A stretch of 63,565 nucleotides of DNA, filler included, from Octopus bimaculoides (Eukaryota), in the NCBI RefSeq assembly GCF_001194135.2. It is 7 parts of 4 records of this genome, joined end to end, with 100 filler letters (N's around TTAATTAATTAA, not from the genome) between each part and the next. Parts side by side here need not be neighbours in the genome. Positions count along the whole stretch, not along the records: positions 39,984 to 54,010 come from NC_068981.1; positions 54,111 to 60,124 come from NC_069000.1; positions 60,225 to 63,565 come from NC_069004.1; 4 more parts are not named here. One strand, 5' to 3'. Below the pieces are notes generated by a model, which worked only from the letters and a program-made list of their open reading frames with translations, was not told the DNA's origin and did not search any database. Positions 51,963 to 63,565 of the stretch are shown here, one piece after another. The first letter of the stretch is position 1. The number at the start of each line of letters is the position of its first letter. The translations under genes and the position numbers were made by a program.

Positions 51963-52391
51963 CGAAGAGCATCCGACGATTATAGAAAGCTTTCAGAACC
52001 AGAGGGTCAGGGTCTAAAGACTTCTCGCTGGAAACGAAAGAGAAATCGGCAATCCATTATCTACGGGTTTTAAATCTTTTGTACAGTCATCGGATGTATT
52101 TCATATAATAAATGTTCTATTCTATATTCAAAAATATTGAGCCCTTCTTTGAATGAATTATTAATACCTGTATTTAAAAAAACTTATCACATACACATAT
52201 GCACACATACACACACATATATACATGCCTGCATACATTCATATAAATATATAGCTACAAACACACATATAAATGTTAATTTTTGTTATTTTAGAGGAAT
52301 TTTGCAAATAAAATCAGGAGGTGCAGAAGTGGCTGTGAGGTTAGTAGCTTGCTTACCAATGACATGGTTCCGAGAGATAGAGAAGACTATT

Positions 52392-52765
52392 TAATGTAGC
52401 TTGAGTGTGTTTCGGTTTTCGTAAGGCTTGGATATCGATTGTCTTGGCCAGTTCTATTCCATTGTCAACTAATAATGCTGGTTAGTATCTTTTGAGACGA
52501 ATTGCCTTTAGTTCTTGCAGTCTTTTATTTCGCGTTCTATAATTTGAGACAATTGTACAGGTTCTTCTTGCTAGATTGAAGGGTATGTTTGTCTTCGTGT
52601 GCTTTGGGTGATTGGAGGTGGTTTGTAGTGGATATCAGTTTCAATGTTGGAGCCTTTTTTTATAATAAGAATGTCTAGAAATGGAAGTTGATCTTGACTA
52701 TATTCCATTGTAAATTGGATATAGTTGTTGACACTGTTGATTAAATTTTTGAATTCATGAGGCAG
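52392..52765 (-). mobile_element. Penelope-like retroelement RT C-terminal fragment
   Basis: IQFTMEYSQDQLPFLDILIIK..GSNIETDIHYKP../SNHPKHTKTNIPFNLARRTCTIVS..LQELK: PLE signature FT.E..LPFLD..T..Y.KP..S.HP..K..IP..LARR. Confidence 0.88.
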
Positions 52766-52809
52766 TCATCCAAGTAGCCATCCATATATATATGTATGTA
52801 TGTATATGT

Positions 52810-53015
52810 TTGTGTGTCTGTGTTTGTCCCCCCAACATCACTTAACAACCGATGCTGGTGTGTTTATGTCCTCGTAGCTCAGCGATTCTGCAAAAGAAAC
52901 CGATAGAATAAGAACTAGGCTTACAAAGAATAAGTCCTGGGGTCGATTTGATCGACTAAAGGCGGTGCTCCAGCATGGCCACAGCCAAATGACTGAAACA
53001 AATAAAAGAATAACA
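52810..53015 (+). mobile_element. SINE family B, 3' half
   Basis: Homology to 27060-27274. Confidence 0.9.
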
Positions 53016-53234
53016 GAATATTTACTGAAGTAGGTGTCCAATATTAAAAATTAGCGAGACCTGTGGATATATCACGGAATTAATAGTAAACCTATTGGGT
53101 TATTCCTGAAACCTTTATCCAAAATGCCTGCAAGCGTAATCTGTGTTGTGTCTGTATCAAAAGATAGTCGCTCATCTGCTATTCATTGAAAAGTGCAGGA
53201 AATTGGAATACGATTATTATTTAATGCCTTATAT

Positions 53235-53267
<33 letters not shown>

Positions 53268-54110
53268 TATACTTTATGCACAATTTTATAGATTTAATGC
53301 ACAGCACTCATAAAATAAATATTCACTCTTATTTTCCTATTTTTCCATAAAGAGAAAAAATTACATTTTAAAATTTACATGGTCACAATTTCATATCTAG
53401 AAAACAAAGATTTCATAATAAAAATATTATTTTATATGTAAAATACAGGGATCACAATTTCACAGGAGTTAAAATTTGAGGCAACTTGGCATACTCTGAA
53501 AACCACATCGTTGATAACTTATAATTTTAAGGCGATGGGCCAGAACCAATATGCATTTCAATTTGCATACATCTTTCAATCCAATACATCTTTACAGACT
53601 ATGTTCTTCGTATAAGTTCTCCCTCTTCTTTTCTCTTCTTTGTCAGTGTTGATAACTTAAACTCTCACATCAGATTATTTGCGAGCCCTTGAGAATACAA
53701 CATGGTCGTATTACGTTCCTCTAACCACATGTCCTCTCCCCCCACTCTCTCTCTCTCGCGCGCGCTTTCTGCTTCACTCTTCACTTTATCTTCTTTTTCT
53801 CTTTCCTTTTTCTTTCTCTCTTTCTTTCCCTTCAACTAATCGCGTGAAAGCGTTACCGACGGACTAAGTAACGCAATGACAAGCAGAATTATTTGTAAAA
53901 TTAAGTTTTGTCTAGCAAATCTCGGAAAACAGCTGTGGAATAAGCCCTCTGACGAAGTCTGAAGTCCCAGCCACACACACACACACACACACAGACACAC
54001 ACACACACACNNNNNNNNNNNNNNNNNNNNNNNNNNNNNNNNNNNNNNNNNNNNTTAATTAATTAANNNNNNNNNNNNNNNNNNNNNNNNNNNNNNNNNN
54101 NNNNNNNNNN

Positions 54111-54143
<33 letters not shown>

Positions 54144-54179
54144 CATACATACATACATACATACATACATACATACACC

Positions 54180-54394
54180 TTATTTGTGTATTAAGGCTAG
54201 CATCGGTTTCTTGTTAAGAAAAATATCTTAATATCTTAACAATTTTTCCAGCCGATCACTTGGAAGAATGGTGTTCGTCTCTATTTTGGAACATGGACGA
54301 ACACAATTTTGCCATGTGATCGACATGAAAAATTCTTAAGGTGCTAAAATATTTTCTTAACATGAAATCAATTGTAGCTTTAATACACAAATAA
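54180..54394. repeat. Diverged foldback (~100-bp arms, 16-nt loop) abutting a (TACA)n tract
   Basis: tatttgtgtattaaggctag..tgttcgtc / gacgaacac..tagctttaatacacaaata. Confidence 0.8.
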
Positions 54395-54464
54395 AAATCT
54401 TTATCCGCCAATACGGTGTTGAGCACGCATTCTCATTGTTCGACATTTACGTATATATATATAT

Positions 54465-54570
54465 AAAATAAGCAACAAAGATATCCAGAGGTAATGCAGT
54501 ACGATCGTTTCACGCAACCTCATGAAACGATCGTACTGCATTACCTCTGGATATCCTTGTTGCTTATTTT
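54465..54570. repeat. Near-perfect hairpin (48-bp arms, 47/48) made of the 3' half of a hammerhead plus tail
   Basis: Each arm reads GAAA-cgatcg-TA-ctgcattacctctggatatc..; 10-nt loop cgcaacctca; left arm abuts (TA)n. Confidence 0.85.
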
Positions 54571-55192
54571 ATTCTAATCACATTATTTTGAAATTGTATG
54601 GATAATACCATACTAAATTCTTGTGCCTCAACTTAAGTACCATATTCATCTGAATCTAAATTCTTTGTTGACTTATATATATATATATATATTATATACA
54701 TATTATGAACATATATACGTACACACATTTTTGCACATATACACATATATAAATACGTTTGTGTATGTATTCCTGTATGCCTAGACTTATATGCTTATAC
54801 ATGTAAACGTACATACATTTGACCATTATCTGTCTGTAGGCGGAAAGAACAACGACAACACCACACCAACAGGAACAACAATAACATCCACAATAATAAT
54901 AGTAACAACAACAACAACATCAATGTATCAAAGTGTTTGATTAAAATCTAATGTATTGGCATTTATATAGGAAATTAAAGCACATTATTCGTCGAACGTA
55001 AAACAACAACAACAACACTAGGAACAACAATGATTAATAACGATTCTTGATCGCCCCACTGTAAATTAGCTTGGTAATTATATATGTAATTAAACAAGGA
55101 AACAGAGCCAGAAATCGTACGAACTAATGGAATAACGTCCAATTAGTTATATTGAAAATTTATGTTATTATGCTGTTGTTATTGCTGTTGAT

Positions 55193-55230
<38 letters not shown>

Positions 55231-55667
55231 CGTTGTTTCTCTAACAAAGTTTGATCATTATTTATATAATGACGCACTTTTGTGTAGTTCTCTCCCTTCC
55301 TTTCTTTCTTTCTTTCTTTCTTTCTTTTTGCTTTTCTCCTTTCTCTCTCACTCATTCTTTCTCTCTCTCACATGAACTTTTGCAAAGCTACACTCCCCAC
55401 CTTACACACACGCACGCACACATGTACATATGTGTGAGTATATGTATGTTTGTGTGTGTGTGAGTATGTATATATGTATGTCTGTATGTATATATGTGCA
55501 TGCATGTGTGTGTATATAATATATATACACATATATATGTACATGCATATACATACATATATACATAATATACATACATGCACACAGACATACACAAACA
55601 AACATATATTTATATATCTATGTGCGCGCATATATATATATATGTATATATATAAGTATATATATAT

Positions 55668-55964
55668 AGTGTAGTATATTGCCACTTAAGTGTGGCTGAC
55701 CCCTAGGGGTGGATGTTACTAAGGTTTGCCAGATTTGTCTCTCTCACCAAGGTCATCAGCTGTCGAACGCCGACGAAGGGAAATAACCCTGAAATCCGGA
55801 TACGTTCGTGCTGCTGGTCGAGGTGAGAGGGATAACTCCCTTGGCAAACAGGACACAGTCGTGTGTCGATAAGCCAGCTGGAGGAGATGTCCTCCTGGGG
55901 CTAAAAGCAACAGTAACATCCACCCCTAGGGGTCAGCCACACTTAAGTGGCAATATACTACACT
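55668..55964 (+). mobile_element. 297-bp element with perfect 53-bp terminal inverted repeats and a central type I hammerhead
   Basis: TIR 55668-55720/55912-55964; abuts (TA)n on the left; no TSD seen. Confidence 0.9.
55764..55808 (+). ncRNA. Type I hammerhead ribozyme, U4C variant core
   Basis: cgaacg-CCGACGA-aggg(aaataa)ccct-GAAA-tccgga-TA^-cgttcg; all three stems Watson-Crick paired; predicted cut after 55802. Confidence 0.78.
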
Positions 55965-56006
55965 TTATCGTGCAGTTACTGTTAATACTTCATATAGAGA
56001 ATTAAC

Positions 56007-56040
<34 letters not shown>

Positions 56041-56227
56041 CGTGCATTTATATATATATANNNNNNNNNNNNNNNNNNNNNNNNNNNNNNNNNNNNNNNN
56101 NNNNNNNNNNNNNNNNNNNNNNNNNNNNNNNNNNNNNNNNNNNNNNNNNNNNNNNNNNNNNNNNNNNNNNNNNNNNNNNNNNNNNNNNNNNNNNNNNNNN
56201 NNNNNNNNNNNNTAAGTATATATATAT

Positions 56228-56524
56228 AGTGTAGTATATTGCCACTTAAGTGTGGCTGACCCCTAGGGGTGGATGTTACTAAGGTTTGCCAGATTTGTCT
56301 CTCTCACCAAGGTCATCAGCTGTCGAACGCCGACGAAGGGAAATAACCCTGAAATCCGGATACGTTCGTGCTGCTGGTCGAGGTGAGAGGGATAACTCCC
56401 TTGGCAAACAGGACACAGTCGTGTGTCGATAAGCCAGCTGGAGGAGATGTCCTCCTGGGGCTAAAAGCAACAGTAACATCCACCCCTAGGGGTCAGCCAC
56501 ACTTAAGTGGCAATATACTACACT
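56228..56524 (+). mobile_element. Identical second copy of the TIR-hammerhead element
   Basis: Offset +560, identical including flanks, across an N gap; artefact or true tandem unresolved. Confidence 0.7.
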
Positions 56525-56566
56525 TTATCGTGCAGTTACTGTTAATACTTCATATAGAGAATTAAC

Positions 56567-56600
<34 letters not shown>

Positions 56601-56608
56601 CGTGCATT

Positions 56609-56641
<33 letters not shown>

Positions 56642-57243
56642 ATTGGCATGTACGTGCATATGTGTGAGTCCATGTATGGATATAAATGTACATACACACA
56701 CGCACACACATGCACACTTATACATACATATATATTCACCTATATATATCCATGCATATACACAAATGAAAATTCATTTGTACGGTATATCTTTCCAATA
56801 AACACACAGCACAGTCTTGTTTTGAAAATTATACAAACGATTGCACCGGTTTGTTTATATTTCCGAAAACAGGAACAGAAATCAAACTCACAATTTCCTT
56901 GTCTTCTCAGACTTGCATGATGGATCTAGCAAAACCAGAAACTAGCAAAGACACTCTTACTTGGCCCAGTGACGCATAAACTCTGTAAAATCTGGTGTAG
57001 ATATCTTATTTGATTTTCTACAGCGCGGCTAAATTGTATTCTCGTTTATTATGTCTATTAATAATATGTGTTTTGCATTTAAAATTATTCCCTAAACGAT
57101 GTATATTGCACGATAAATACATTTATAGCTCTGAAGAAGCTATAAGGTGTTGCATAAGCACTCAGCGCTGTGCGTGCTTCATTTTATAGGGCAGAAACAG
57201 CTATAAGCTAATGAAGTTTATTGCATAATTCCCTGTTTCTTTG

Positions 57244-57284
<41 letters not shown>

Positions 57285-57700
57285 AAATTCAATAACTTGC
57301 TCCAGCATGACCGCAGTCAAATGACTGAAACAAGTAAAAGAGTAAAAAAGAGTATATGTGTGTGTATACACGTATATAGTTGCATACAAACATCCGCACA
57401 GACACCTACACACAGAAATACATAAACATACAGAGATATGTGTGTGTAGGCCGCGTGCGTAAACATGTTTGTGCGTGTGTGTGTGTTTTGTGTATGTGTG
57501 TGCATGAGTTAATGTGTATGTATGTGTATCTATTTCTGGATGTGTGTATGTATATATTTATATATATGTTGTGTATTATATATATATATATATACATATA
57601 TATTAATATATACCTATATATAAATCGTGTATTATATATATAATACACAACATACGAATATATATATATATGCATATATATATCGGTGTGTGTATGTGTT

Positions 57701-57754
<54 letters not shown>

Positions 57755-58115
57755 TGTATATTTGTATGTATCTGTATATGTGTGTATGTAAGTGCCATTA
57801 CCATTCCTAATATCCCAGCGATACAAATTAGAGTACCTTTTACATTAATCATTCCTTGAACATAATGACAACTGAATCCCTCGGCTCTTTGCATTGATTT
57901 TCTTGTTGCTTCTTTTTCACAATATATTCACGCTTCACATTGGCTAATAAACTGATTAAAAACGAGCCAATGAGGAGCCTTCTAGAGGGTCGTTCGGCAT
58001 TCTAGACATAACAGCCGTCAAACCGCCCTCAAAATCACCTTTTTACGTTTTAAAAATGTGTAAAAACACATTTGATAAAGTATGCGTAGAAACAATATAT
58101 TAAATATACGCCCTC

Positions 58116-58199
58116 AAGATCTTCCCGCCTAGGGACGCAACTACTGTTTTCCTTCTCTAGATCTTCCGGCCTAGGGACACAACTACTGTTTTCCTTCTC
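58116..58199 (-). repeat. 2x42-bp tandem duplication inside a possible exon (EKENSSCVPRPEDL x2)
   Basis: Units 58158-58199 and 58116-58157, frame-preserving; acceptor ttttgtttcttgtag at 58250; ATG at 58223. Confidence 0.6.
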
Positions 58200-58489
58200 T
58201 TCTCCATCTTCGTCGGTACTCATCTTGAATATCGTCTGCTGTGGTCCTCCTACAAGAAACAAAATATAAAAACTGAAGCTCCCCAGCGATCAATAACAAA
58301 ATAGACAAAATCGCAAGTCTTCATTATTGTGATCGAATTTTGGAGCTCAAACTTTATTACCGCCAACACCACTGAGCGCTACGTCATTTGTGTGACGTAG
58401 AAAATTTTCAAACAACATTGCACAAGATTTGGTCCCACGGCCATCCGTCCGCTAAAAAACTCATGCTGAGACACTAAAACAGAACTATG

Positions 58490-58620
58490 TCACCTCAATT
58501 GGTACTGAGGTCTTTAACATTATGCCAAGACCCATAAGAGAAGAAAAGGATCTCATAACATTAAAACGATTCCAGAATGGATATTACCAAGAACTCCACC
58601 AATACGGAAGTATCTTCGCA
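58490..58620 (+). mobile_element. CR1-clade LINE 3' fragment
   Basis: GTEVFNIMPRPIREEKDLITLKR resembles GPALFNIVPKQIKEEKDPITFKR at 63.0 kb. Confidence 0.6.
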
Positions 58621-60585
58621 TGCAATAACTCTTCACTCGAACGGGTTATGTTGCCCAAAGAATGTTTGTAATAGGAAACATTATTAAATGCCTTTTCCGA
58701 GTGGTACTCTTAGGGCTAGTCATGGCTTGGGCCATCTCTGGCCGAAATTCATCGGGAATAAGCATAATTAATTCTATGATTACATCATTGATATAAAGTA
58801 ATCTAAATCATATTATTTCAAAACAATCCTTATCCGAAATTATCCGGAATGCTTTCCATAAACAATCTGCATCTGTAAACATACGTGTATNNNNNNNNNN
58901 NNNNNNNNNNNNNNNNNNNNNNNNNNNNNNNNNNNNNNNNNNNNNNNNNNNNNNNNNNNNNNNNNNNNNNNNNNNNNNNNNNNNNNNNNNNNNNNNNNNN
59001 NNNNNNNNNNNNNNNNNNNNNNNNNNNNNNNNNNNNNNNNNNNNNNNNNNNNNNNNNNNNNNNNNNNNNNNNNNNNNNNNNNNNNNNNNNNNNNNNNNNN
59101 NNNNNNNNNNNNNNNNNNNNNNNNNNNNNNNNNNNNNNNNNNNNNNNNNNNNNNNNNNNNNNNNNNNNNNNNNNNNNNNNNNNNNNNNATATACACATAC
59201 ATATATTCATACATATATCTACACCGATATATCCATATCTATTTATCAGTCTTCGTATCTATATATATCTCAACACATTTATGCACATACATATATATAT
59301 ATACATACATACATATATACATACATACATATGTACACATACGTACATATATACATACACACATACATATATGCATACACACATACATACCCACACACAC
59401 ATATGCATACACACACACACGCACACGTATGTATGTATGTATATATGTATCTATCTATCTATCGATCTATCTATCTATCTACATATTAAAGTTATTTTGA
59501 TTGAAAAAATGTCGACCATAAACGATATATGTTAGGCAATTTAGCATAACGACTTGTGTACTGAAATATTTTCCCGTTAATACACACACAACATAAGTTT
59601 TTAAAAATATTTCGTCAGACCTCTTGCCACTCTCTTTACATCGCTCTCAAACACGTAATCTCGTTTCACCCTCTCCAATCTCGCATTCTCTCTTTGTCTC
59701 TCCATAGAATATAAATAAACACACATACGCTTATACACATGCACACATATATACAGGCATCAGCATTTACGCATATGTATGTATATATATTTGAAATTTA
59801 TACATATAATATAGTTGTTATACACACACGTATTTATATAAATGGACACACACACACACACACACACACACATATCTGTAAAATCAGTGAAATGAAGAAC
59901 ATATACACATGTTTTTGTATATATACATGCACGCATATATACATCATATATACATCATATATACATCCATATATACATACACACTTGCCTACATATATAA
60001 CAGAAATGAATGCATGAATGTATATATGTATGACTAACATAATCCCAACGAAAACACACGCGCACACATATGGAAAAAGAGAGAGAGATGCGAGTGTCTA
60101 TGTGTGTATGTATGTATATATATANNNNNNNNNNNNNNNNNNNNNNNNNNNNNNNNNNNNNNNNNNNNTTAATTAATTAANNNNNNNNNNNNNNNNNNNN
60201 NNNNNNNNNNNNNNNNNNNNNNNNTATATATATTATATTATATTATACGTGTGTGTGTGTGTATACGCGCGTACTATTCACATTTTCTTAATCATCTCAG
60301 TCCAGATGTTTTTCTAAAATGTCTCTCCCAAATGTTAGGCGCCCTTTTCGTTTCAAGCAACTTAAAATGAGTCTATTGCAGGTTTTGATGTAATGATGAA
60401 CCAGCTTAAAAAAGGAAAAAGATGTGTCATGCCACCTACACTGTCGTGTATATATATATATATATATATAAATGAATATTTATAAATATTTATATATAAA
60501 TATATATATTTATATAAATATATATATCTATATATATAAGTATATATATATAAATATATAAATATATATTAATATATACATATAA

Positions 60586-60618
<33 letters not shown>

Positions 60619-60655
60619 CATATAAATATATATGCATGTGTGTGTNNNNNNNNNN

Positions 60656-60717
<62 letters not shown>

Positions 60718-60754
60718 CGCGCACACACTCAAATGCGTATGTGTGTGTTTATGT

Positions 60755-60945
60755 GCGAAAGTCCTTCAAAGTGAAGGGCGTCCAGGATCCTTGTCACAGC
60801 CTCCGTCGTCTTTAGCTTGGGATACAACCAAAACTGTCAGGGAGCAAAAGCTGAGCTGCAGTGAGGGTGAGAGATAGTTTTGAGACCCATCTCGGTCAGG
60901 ATGGAATTTTGGACTGATACGTTAGCACGTAGGAGGGGTGTACTA
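60755..60945 (-). mobile_element. Mariner C-terminal fragment
   Basis: HPHCSSAFAP../FWLYPKLK..EAVTRILD resembles HPPYSPDLAPCDFWLFPKLK. Confidence 0.6.
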
Positions 60946-60974
60946 TTATTACTATTATCCCCACATTATTACTA

Positions 60975-62480
60975 TTATCTCCCCTTTTAAGTTTTTCTTT
61001 CTTAGGGACTGTCATTTTATTTCTTTTAATAGCAATACTTTTTATATCACCATACCTTCCTTTTTTAGTTTTTTTTAGTTTCATATTTAATATTTTTTCG
61101 TTTGGCATCCACTTTCAAGAACTCCATACATTTTCTTTTTCTTACGCTTGTGCGTCTGGGTTCAATCACCTGTAGTGGTGTTGGTACTTGAAAAGTATCA
61201 TATAACCATTCCATTGGTTCTTGCATTCTCTTGGGATCGTTCTTCCTTTCTCTCGGGTTCGTTTTCAACGAATCTTTTTTTCAGTTGGTTCATGTGTCTC
61301 TTGTATATGCCTTTTCTACTTTTTACCAAGTATAGCATTTTCCCTATGCGTTTGGTAATCACGCCATCTTCCCAAATCTGTTTACCGTTCTTATATGCCC
61401 TTACAAATACCTTTTCACCAATATGGAAAAATCTTGCTGTATTTTCCCTTGCAATTTTTCGTTTCTTTCCTGGCAGCAATTTGTCGAAGACTGATTTTAC
61501 TTTCCTCGCAAATATTAGCTCCGCTGGTGATATACCTGCTGGTGTATTTCGATTTGGTGTCACGGTGTACTTTTGAGAACTGTTGTAGAGCTAACTCACC
61601 CGTGACTTCCTTATTCGACTTTCTTAGGGCTCTCTTGAACGTATCGACAAAGCGTTCTGCTTGTCTGTTAGATTTGGGATTGTATGGCGCAGTAGTTACA
61701 TGTTCTACCGCGAACGTTTTACAGAACTTTCTAAATTCGAAAGATACAAATAGCGTTCCATTGTCAGACACTATCGCGTCTGATATGTCAAATCTTGCAA
61801 ACAGCTCATGTAGAAAATTTGTCACAGTTGTGGAGGTTGGTTTTTTACATTTACAAATTTCCGACTATTTAGAGAAACTAAGTAGTATTAACCGTTTAAA
61901 TGACCAGCGAAATCAATGTATAGTCTCGACCACGGAACATCTACTTTTGGCCATGGTTCCCTTTTTATAGTCGGTTATTTTGCTGCTAGAGCACATCCTC
62001 TACAGCCTTTCACTAAATTTTCGAATTTCTCTATCCATTTTTGGCCAGTAGACGTAGCTACGTATTAAAGCTTTCATCCTCGAAATACCAGGATATCCAA
62101 CATGAAATTCCCTCAACATTGTCTTTTGCAATGTTTCAGGTATTACTACTCTCTGTGCATACATAAGTATGCCATCACAAATTGAGTATAGGTTCACATT
62201 TTGGTTTCATTCCGTACCAATCCTATTCCCATTACTTTTCCTGACCACAGTGTTCTTTTCACTTCTGTCATGAATTTGTCCTTTACCGCATTTCTCTTTA
62301 TGTCTTCTAGGGTTACTGTAATTCGCGTTCCACATTCCAGATTACATTTTTTATTTCTCATTCTGCTCTTAAAGCTGCGATTACCGTGTCTTCGAATGGC
62401 TCGCAGTGTTTCGATATCAGTCTGGATAAACCATCTGCATGCCCTAGTCTTTTTGAGCATTTGATTGTAAATTTTCTAGG
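60975..62480 (-). mobile_element. Ty3/Gypsy LTR retrotransposon pol 3' part (integrase), decayed
   Basis: DGILMYAQRVVIPETLQKTMLREFHVGYPGISRMKALIRSYVYWPKMD; ARFDISDAIVSDNGTLFVSFEFRKFCK..HVTTAPYNPKSNRQAERFVDTFKRAL; TPNRNTPAGISPAELIFARK; polypurine tract aaaaggggagat at ~60977-60988. Confidence 0.93.
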
Positions 62481-62614
62481 TGCAATCCCATGGTCATTTA
62501 TAACCGAAGGGGTGGGGTCTTTCTATATATATATATATATACATACATCGTACGTACATACATACATTTATACATATATATATCTATATATCTCTGTCTT
62601 TATCTATCTTAAGA

Positions 62615-63240
62615 ACCTTCCGGTCCAGAGAACAAGGTGTCATAATTCCTCTCTTCTCCTTTGTACGGCCACACCTCGAATACTGCTGCCCCCTGTGGTC
62701 TCCCCATACAAAACAAAACATCTCGAAAATCGAATCACCCCAGAGGTCATTCACTAAAAGAATTAAGGGCATGACTGATCTCGCTTATTGGGACCGCCTT
62801 AAAGCATTGAAACTCTATTCTCTCCAGCGCTGCCGTGAGCGATACATCATTTGTACGATGTGGAGAATATACCACCAGCATTGCCCAAACGACCTCAACA
62901 TTAGCCTCAAAATTCATCCAAGGCTAGGACCACGGGCCTTACGTCCCCTACCCAATTCAAGATCACAACATATAAACGCACTGCAACACAATTTCTTTTC
63001 CTCAACAGGCCCTGCCCTATTTAACATTGTCCCGAAACAGATCAAAGAGGAAAAGGATCCCATTACCTTTAAACGGAATCTGGACAAATTTCTTCTAGGA
63101 ACACAAGATAAGCCACCTATACCTGGATACAACTCACTCAACAAGAACTCCCTACTCGAATAGACCATGATACCACAAAACTTGACTTAAAAAGGATTTG
63201 GATAATCCTATCAGGTGGTGCTACTAAGTTAGACATGGGT
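62615..63240 (+). mobile_element. CR1-clade LINE ORF2 C-terminus and 3' end
   Basis: PYKTKHLE..TKRIKGMTDLAYWDRLKALKLYSLQRCRERYIIC..GPALFNIVPKQIK..FKRNLDKFL..DKPPIPGY..NSLLE*. Confidence 0.9.
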
Positions 63241-63565
63241 GCGACCAATCTTTGGTGAAAACATATCTAAGTTATATATATGTATTTATATACTAAGGGT
63301 GATATCTAAGTATATATATATTTATATACTTAGGGTGATTACGATTAATTCTTACGGTATACGATTAATTCTTTATTTTGTATATTTTCCATTTGTCTTG
63401 CCCGCTTATGTTCTGGTGTTTGCTGAATTTTTTCTGGAGAACATTATTTTTCTTTGTGGTTGGGTCGTTGATGACCTCTTTCTAGCATATCGGATGTCCA
63501 CTTAGTGGTCATCCCTTCTTATACGTATAAATATATATATATATATATATATACACACATGCACA

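Noticed and set aside
53925-53970. CTGACGA and gaaaacagctgt hammerhead-like words
   Set aside because: Wrong order and no stem II closing onto GAAA.
55730-55762. Minus-strand CTGATGA inside the TIR element (a second, antisense HHR?)
   Set aside because: No GAAA or stem III at a compatible distance.
57125-57210. CTGAAGA within ttatagct/agctataa and a downstream GAAAcagcTA
   Set aside because: The halves are ~55 nt apart without a convincing stem II or stem I; too degenerate to call.

Overview
AT-rich, microsatellite-dense, gap-ridden animal genomic DNA. The SINE families, repeat landscape and gene content point to an octopus draft assembly (inference). Six ~100-N gaps containing a 'ttaattaattaa' linker are artificial scaffold joins, so the seven blocks between them may not be truly adjacent or co-oriented. 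Host genes, reconstructed by hand from splice sites and phases: (1) six minus-strand exons (18245->7720) splice into one uninterrupted ~293-aa C-terminal ORF with CBM14 + chitin-binding-like + laminin-G domains, i.e. a Pif/BMSP-like (LamG3-type) protein; (2) three to four plus-strand exons (18477-26459) encode the TM and juxtamembrane part of a receptor-PTP-like protein with YEEI and YVNM motifs; (3) weaker orphan exons near 50.4-50.9 kb and 58.2 kb. The rest is tRNA-derived SINEs, decayed mariners, hAT MITEs with TSDs, and RLE-LINE, CR1, Gypsy and Penelope (PLE) fragments. The most unusual signal is a high density of type I hammerhead-ribozyme (HHR) motifs. About ten intact, variant or half motifs occur, mostly with short palindromic stem III, and many are followed by a tail that abuts a microsatellite. 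Several (40.1, 45.3, 50.0, 54.5, 55.8 kb) sit at the centre of 45-130 bp inverted repeats made from that tail, giving 'ribozyme-at-the-tip foldback' elements that are probably PLE-derived. No cleavage activity or novelty has been verified; no database was searched.
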